A stretch of DNA of 64,000 nucleotides, taken from NCBI GenBank assembly GCA_965140585.1, contig OZ223265.1:96001-160000 (forward strand), in the 5' to 3' direction. Below, piece after piece: positions 59,259 through 64,000 of the stretch (position 1 is its first letter; every line of letters begins with the position of its first letter). This DNA is from Spirochaetia bacterium (GTDB lineage Bacteria > Spirochaetota > Spirochaetia > UBA9216). The notes under the pieces were generated by a model. It saw only the letters and a list, made by a program, of their open reading frames with translations, was not told the origin of the DNA and did not search any database. Position numbers and translations under genes: made by a program.

Positions 59259-60278
59259 CTACTTTGTTTCTATAACATATGTAAGAGTTGCACGAACTTT
59301 TTCTTCAGAGGATTGCCCTCTGGCAGGCTCAAACTGCCACTTTCGCAAAGCTGCCTGTACGGCAGAATCCAATATAGAGTTACCTGAGGGTTGTAGTATT
59401 TGAAAGCTGCTTGTATAACCCTCTGCATTAACCAGGAAAGTGATTCTAAGAGTATATTTAGGTGTGCCGGCGGTTTTAATATCTTCAGGAATTTCAGGCT
59501 GAGCCCTTGGTTCTATTACCTTCCGCTGTATCGAAGGATCATCAAAAATGATCAGTGCAGGCCCATTATTAGTCATAGCAGGGGCACTTCCGACAGCTCC
59601 CGTTGAATTCGATACAGACTCAGAATTGGAGGATGAATTCGTATTCTGACTACTCAGCCTTTCATCAAGATTTGCCAGGACATCTGAACCGAGTATGGAA
59701 GTCTCAGAAGGTACGTTCTCTGCCGACTGAAGAGTTGTCTGCGATTCAACCGGGACATCAGAATACTCTACATAGCTACCTGCTCCTCCGGCTGCAGCTG
59801 TATTACTTTCCGGGGTTGTTGCAGGAACTGAGTCGGATCCGCTGCCCCAAATCCTGCTTAAATCCACGTTTCCTGAAGAGTTTGTTCGTGACTGAATTGA
59901 TGAAATAATATCCTCATCAGCACTTGAGGCAGTATAAGTCCGGGATTCGGTTGTACTCTTTGCCGGAGAAGTTCTCTGAACCGGAACCGGCTGCGGTTCC
60001 GGCGCGACAGTCTTTTCAGGAGGAAGAGCCTCTGCCTGATTCACCTGTTCTGCCTCGGAGGGACTCTGCTGAGGGGCAGTCTCCTCAAGATTTTTCTGTT
60101 CAGGCTCTGCCGGCTTATCCTTAACCGGAAGCTGCTCAAGGCTCACCTCAAGCGGACCATATTCTCTGGGAGGAGTAAAATCAAGGGTATTCATACCGAT
60201 GAGTACAAATGCTGCTGCATGAATAAGCAGCGCAGCACTTACGCTTGTAAGCATCCGTTTATTTTCAGCTGTCATCAC
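59259..60278 (-). CDS. tonB: TonB family energy transducer
   Basis: TM with SAALLIH, Pro/Ser-rich linker, C-terminal SGNSILDSAVQAALRKWQFEPA. Confidence 0.82.
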   Translation of the reverse strand: MMTAENKRMLTSVSAALLIHAAAFVLIGMNTLDFTPPREYGPLEVSLEQLPVKDKPAEPEQKNLEETAPQQSPSEAEQVNQAEALPPEKTVAPEPQPVPVQRTSPAKSTTESRTYTASSADEDIISSIQSRTNSSGNVDLSRIWGSGSDSVPATTPESNTAAAGGAGSYVEYSDVPVESQTTLQSAENVPSETSILGSDVLANLDERLSSQNTNSSSNSESVSNSTGAVGSAPAMTNNGPALIIFDDPSIQRKVIEPRAQPEIPEDIKTAGTPKYTLRITFLVNAEGYTSSFQILQPSGNSILDSAVQAALRKWQFEPARGQSSEEKVRATLTYVIETK

Positions 60279-60691
60279 TGCGATTCCTGCGGTGTCCTCA
60301 TCTTAAGATTAATTCCGTTAAAACCGTACATTCTTAGCGAATCAAGGACATTTACAAGCAGTTCATAGGATACGGTTTCATCCCCCTCTATTACAACTGC
60401 ACTAAGGTCACTCTTCTGTTCTTCAGTAACTTCAGATAAAGCTGTTCTCAATCCTGTCAGGTTATAAACATCCTTGTTGAGGTATATTTCATTTTCTGAA
60501 ACGACAGAAACCACCATTCTGGTCATGGTAACCGATTCGGCGGTTGATGATTCGGGAAGATTGATTGATATTCCGGGCGTCTGCAGAAAAGTGCTTGAAA
60601 CCATAAAGAAGATTACAAGCTGAAATACCACATCAATCATAGGCACAAGATCAGCCTTGACTGAGGGACTCAGACGTCTTCTAAAATGCAT
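60275..60691 (-). CDS. exbD: Biopolymer transport protein ExbD
   Basis: LVPMIDVVFQLVIFFMV, INLP, IEGD. Confidence 0.92.
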   Translation of the reverse strand: MHFRRRLSPSVKADLVPMIDVVFQLVIFFMVSSTFLQTPGISINLPESSTAESVTMTRMVVSVVSENEIYLNKDVYNLTGLRTALSEVTEEQKSDLSAVVIEGDETVSYELLVNVLDSLRMYGFNGINLKMRTPQESQ

Positions 60692-61298
60692 TATCTTTTC
60701 CTTTCAGCAGAAGCACCAGTTCATTTACACTGTTTTCCATCCTGAGAATGATATTATTCACCCTGTTAACCAGATGGTTGTAAAAAACCGTTGCCGGAAT
60801 TGATACGATTAGTCCTGCTGCCGTTGTAAACAGAGCCTCTGAGATCCCCGAAGCAAGCATTGAAAAATCTCCAAGGGCTCCGACAGAGCCGAGCAGACCG
60901 AAGGCCTTGATATTTCCGGTAACGGTTCCCAGAAGACCCAGCAGCGGCGCAATATGCGCGATAGTTCCGAGTGCTGAAAGATATTTTTCGAGCCTTGGAA
61001 CTTCCATATTGGCAGCACCCATAATCGATTCTTTAATCTCTGACTGCGAATAATGTCTGTGCTCGATACCGACCTTCATAAGGTTGGCAACCGGGGAGGG
61101 ATCACTTTCACAAATAGCAATAGCCTCATAAAAATGATTCTGTTCGAGAGCTCCCCGGAGATTGGCTATAACCTTCTCTTCATCACTTTTAATTCTTCTG
61201 AAAAACAGAAGTCTTTCTATTATAATAACAGCGGCAATTACGGAAAGGATCAGAATAACAATCATCACCGGGCCGCCCTTTTCAATCAGAACAAACAT
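60681..61298 (-). CDS. exbB: MotA/TolQ/ExbB proton channel protein
   Basis: GGPVM, APLLGLLGTVTG, GISEALFTTAAGL. Confidence 0.92.
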   Translation of the reverse strand: MFVLIEKGGPVMIVILILSVIAAVIIIERLLFFRRIKSDEEKVIANLRGALEQNHFYEAIAICESDPSPVANLMKVGIEHRHYSQSEIKESIMGAANMEVPRLEKYLSALGTIAHIAPLLGLLGTVTGNIKAFGLLGSVGALGDFSMLASGISEALFTTAAGLIVSIPATVFYNHLVNRVNNIILRMENSVNELVLLLKGKDNAF

Positions 61299-61312
61299 AT
61301 TTCCTCCAGATA

Positions 61313-62993
61313 TTATAGTGAAATTTTTAATTTAAGCAGTGCAGAAGCACCCTTTGCTTCAAATGTATTCCAGGAAAGCCTTGCGCTGTCAAAGAGATTT
61401 CCCGCGATATCATCAAAACCGGCAGACAGGAGAACACCTTCTGTAAGCCTCAGATAACCTTCAAGAGACAGTTCCGGCATCCAGTTTGTTTCATACCAGC
61501 TTTGAGATTCATCATATATTGAAACTCCTGCGGTAAAGGAAAGCCCTTTATCGGAATTATCATCTTCAAGATCAAAACCAGCGGTTATCATATGTCTGGG
61601 TTTGTACGGATCAACATCATTTAAAAGCTGTGCAGCCCATGCTGATTCAAAAAGCAGATTATCGGACATCCTCCAGTTCATCTCCAGATTGAGATCAAGC
61701 AGTGTAAGATCGGCGGTGGTTATTGAATTAAACCCGCTGATACTGCTGCTTCCGGGATACGGCGAATTTTTAAGCATCTCAAAACCGGCAGAAGCGCCCG
61801 CTGTCAGATTTCCGGTCAGTTTCCAGCGTAAACCGGCATCTGCAAACCAGCCGGTAGTAATGGGCAGCTCCCCGATCATTATGTCACTCAGCGGCCCTGA
61901 TGCAAAAGGATATTCGGTGCTGAACTCTGCGTAATTAAGTGTCTCAGCCCTGTATCCGCCGCCTGCACTGTACTCAAGAAAATCACCGCCAAGCCCGTCG
62001 ACACTTAGATAGAAAGGCCAGTATGAGTCGGTAAAATCGTGAAGCAGATAATCAAGCCCGCCTTTTATACTTATTACATCACCAAAATCAGAACCAAAGT
62101 CCAGAGTAACGCTGAAATCCTGAACAACAGGAAGATCCGCGCCCGATAACATATCAGACTCGGAAGTTCCGGTAATATTATACTCAAGGCCCAGCTCGGA
62201 CCATATTGAATTATTTCCTACCCTAAGCCCTACAGAAGGATCAATTAGATAAACTCCGTAATCAAGCGGTGATGTTCCATTTAGGAAAAGACCGGCATAA
62301 GAACTATCCAGACGCCCTTCAAGCCTTAGCCAGTCAATAATTCTATATTCCGCCGTACTGCTGAGTTCCGGAACACGCTGTGTCATAGAGTAATAATCTG
62401 CATTTCCCTGAAGGCCGGTCTCAGTTTCAGTATACTGGAAATATCCATACAGATCAGTTTTACCCTCAGCATATTCAATTTCGGCCTCAATAAGTTCCTG
62501 ACGGTAGGAATATCCCTGTCCGGGAGAATGGCCCCAGGTGCCATCATACCCGTCATGAAAATATCTAAGCATAAAATTAGGCTGATCGCCTATCTTATAA
62601 AGAGTAATATCTCCTGTGACATCGAGAGCAGAACCAAAACCAATCATTCCCTCACTGAAAAAACGAAACCGGTTCAGAATCGGCAGGCTTGACTCCTGAA
62701 AAGGAATCCGGAGAACCTGTTACAGCAAATGCTTCATACGGCAATTCAATATCATCAAGCTGCGGTAGAGGCGTATCAAGTGAAGAATAATAGACTTCAT
62801 CTTCATCCGGAATAACAGCATTAATATTTTCTACGCTGAGATCTTCTATTTCAAGATACATGGGAGGAAGAATTATATCAGTACTCTCAGGTTCAGCCGG
62901 TCCTGACTGAAAATCGCTTTCCCGCTCCTGAGAATAAACTGAGCCGGCGATGAAGAATATTGTTAAACATAAAAGCAGTAACCTGTTGTTCAT
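61313..62993 (-). pseudogene. Outer-membrane beta-barrel-like protein split by a 1-nt frameshift (fragments 62652-62993 and 61313-62647)
   Basis: The 5' fragment has the signal peptide. Removing one T from the T6 run joins ...VSFF to SEGMIGFG.... The 3' fragment has alternating beta-strand patterns and ends LLKLKISL. Confidence 0.7.
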
Positions 62994-62994
62994 T

Positions 62995-63999
62995 CTAGTT
63001 GCCTCCAAGAAGCTTGTCAGCTTCATCAGCCCATTCTGATTCTTCATAATGAAGTTTCAGCTGCCGCACAAGAGCCTGGGCGTCGCTTCTGCTTCCGGCC
63101 AGCAGGGCTGCTTCAGCCGCCCTGTATAAAGAGCGTGCAGAGAAGTCAAGATCTTCAGGATTTGTACCCGCTGCCTCGGTAAAGGCTGCAGCAGCTTCGG
63201 CAGGTCTGTTCTGTCTGAAGTAATAATCACCAAGGTAGTAGTCAGCCAGAGCTGCAGAGACAGGATCTTCAGCCTTCATCTCTTTCACCTGATTCAGCAT
63301 CGAAATTACAGGTTTCATGTCACCGCCGCCTCTGGAAATATGCAGGGCTGCAAGCTCTATCATCGCTTCACGGCCCTCTGCACTATCCGCACCGCCTTCA
63401 CGGGTAATTATAACATTCAGCTCCGCCTCCCGGTCTGAAAGACCGTCCAGCAGAAACCTTATCTTTTCAGACATTGCCGCAGATTCCGAAGCTCTGTCGG
63501 TACCCGGGTATTCAAGCCTGCATCTTTCATACATATCAAGAGCAGAAGAATAATCACCTGAATTGGTAAAAACTTCAGCTGTTTTCATCATTGCTGAAGA
63601 GCGGAATCCCGATTCAGGATAGTCATTTATCAGTTTTTCCCAGAGCAGAACAGCACCGAAAGATTCATCATTTTTCATCGATGACATACCGCCCCAGTAC
63701 AGTGCAGCATCCATCATTCTGCTTTCAGGGTAGCTTCTTCGGAAATCATAGAATGCATCAACAGCCTTTTTAAAACTGTCGGCAGCATAATAAATCTCAC
63801 CCCTGCGGTACATTCCCTCTTCAGCAAGCTGTCCGCCATATTTCTGATACAGAGTCAAATAGTCTTTTGCCGCCTGTTCAGTTTCATTCCCAATCGCAGC
63901 CAGCGCCGCCTTCTCAAATAAAGCGTCATCAGAAAGCATACCGGCTGTATCAGAGTTTGCTATCTCCGCAAAAATAGTACTTGCTTCACGATAGCGGCC
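62995..63999 (-). CDS. Tetratricopeptide repeat protein, partial (5' end beyond the window)
   Basis: BamD/YbgF-like TPRs (YPESRMMDAALYW, YPESGFRSSA); the frame is open to the right edge. Confidence 0.85.
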   Translation of the reverse strand, partial: GRYREASTIFAEIANSDTAGMLSDDALFEKAALAAIGNETEQAAKDYLTLYQKYGGQLAEEGMYRRGEIYYAADSFKKAVDAFYDFRRSYPESRMMDAALYWGGMSSMKNDESFGAVLLWEKLINDYPESGFRSSAMMKTAEVFTNSGDYSSALDMYERCRLEYPGTDRASESAAMSEKIRFLLDGLSDREAELNVIITREGGADSAEGREAMIELAALHISRGGGDMKPVISMLNQVKEMKAEDPVSAALADYYLGDYYFRQNRPAEAAAAFTEAAGTNPEDLDFSARSLYRAAEAALLAGSRSDAQALVRQLKLHYEESEWADEADKLLGGN

Positions 64000-64000
64000 A

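Noticed and set aside
1-64000. tRNA, rRNA, CRISPR arrays, IS elements or prophage
   Set aside because: Intergenic gaps are short and were read by eye. No cloverleaf, repeat-spacer array, transposase or phage gene was seen.

Overview
Mostly core chromosome of a free-living spirochaete (Spirochaetales-like). This is inferred from the alpha2-type GlyRS, the rpsT-HU-lnt and rho-rpmE-bactofilin synteny, a SpiroCoCo-type coiled-coil protein upstream of grpE-dnaK-dnaJ, and a TPR/NHL protein resembling a flagellar-collar protein. The window holds tyrS, glyQS, gltX, alaA, a Ytr-like ABC/GntR operon, clpS-clpA-aat, a carboxyltransferase, pckG, galK-surE, purFMNDE, the DnaK operon and a TonB-ExbBD module. 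No rRNA, tRNA, CRISPR array or intact mobile element was seen. The best hidden signals are: (1) an integron-integrase remnant at 342-628, absent from the ORF track and missing its middle; (2) an unknown protein ending in the clamp-binding-like motif QLELF; (3) two uncalled 56-aa genes, one a basic Zn-ribbon protein; (4) a carboxyltransferase whose biotin/lipoyl domain lacks the attachment lysine; (5) a soluble chemoreceptor with a C-terminal solute-binding domain; (6) a motif shared by the carboxyltransferase and pckG promoters; (7) a homopolymer frameshift in a TonB-linked outer-membrane gene; (8) several apparently leaderless transcripts. All family calls come from recognising motifs by eye; no database searches were run.
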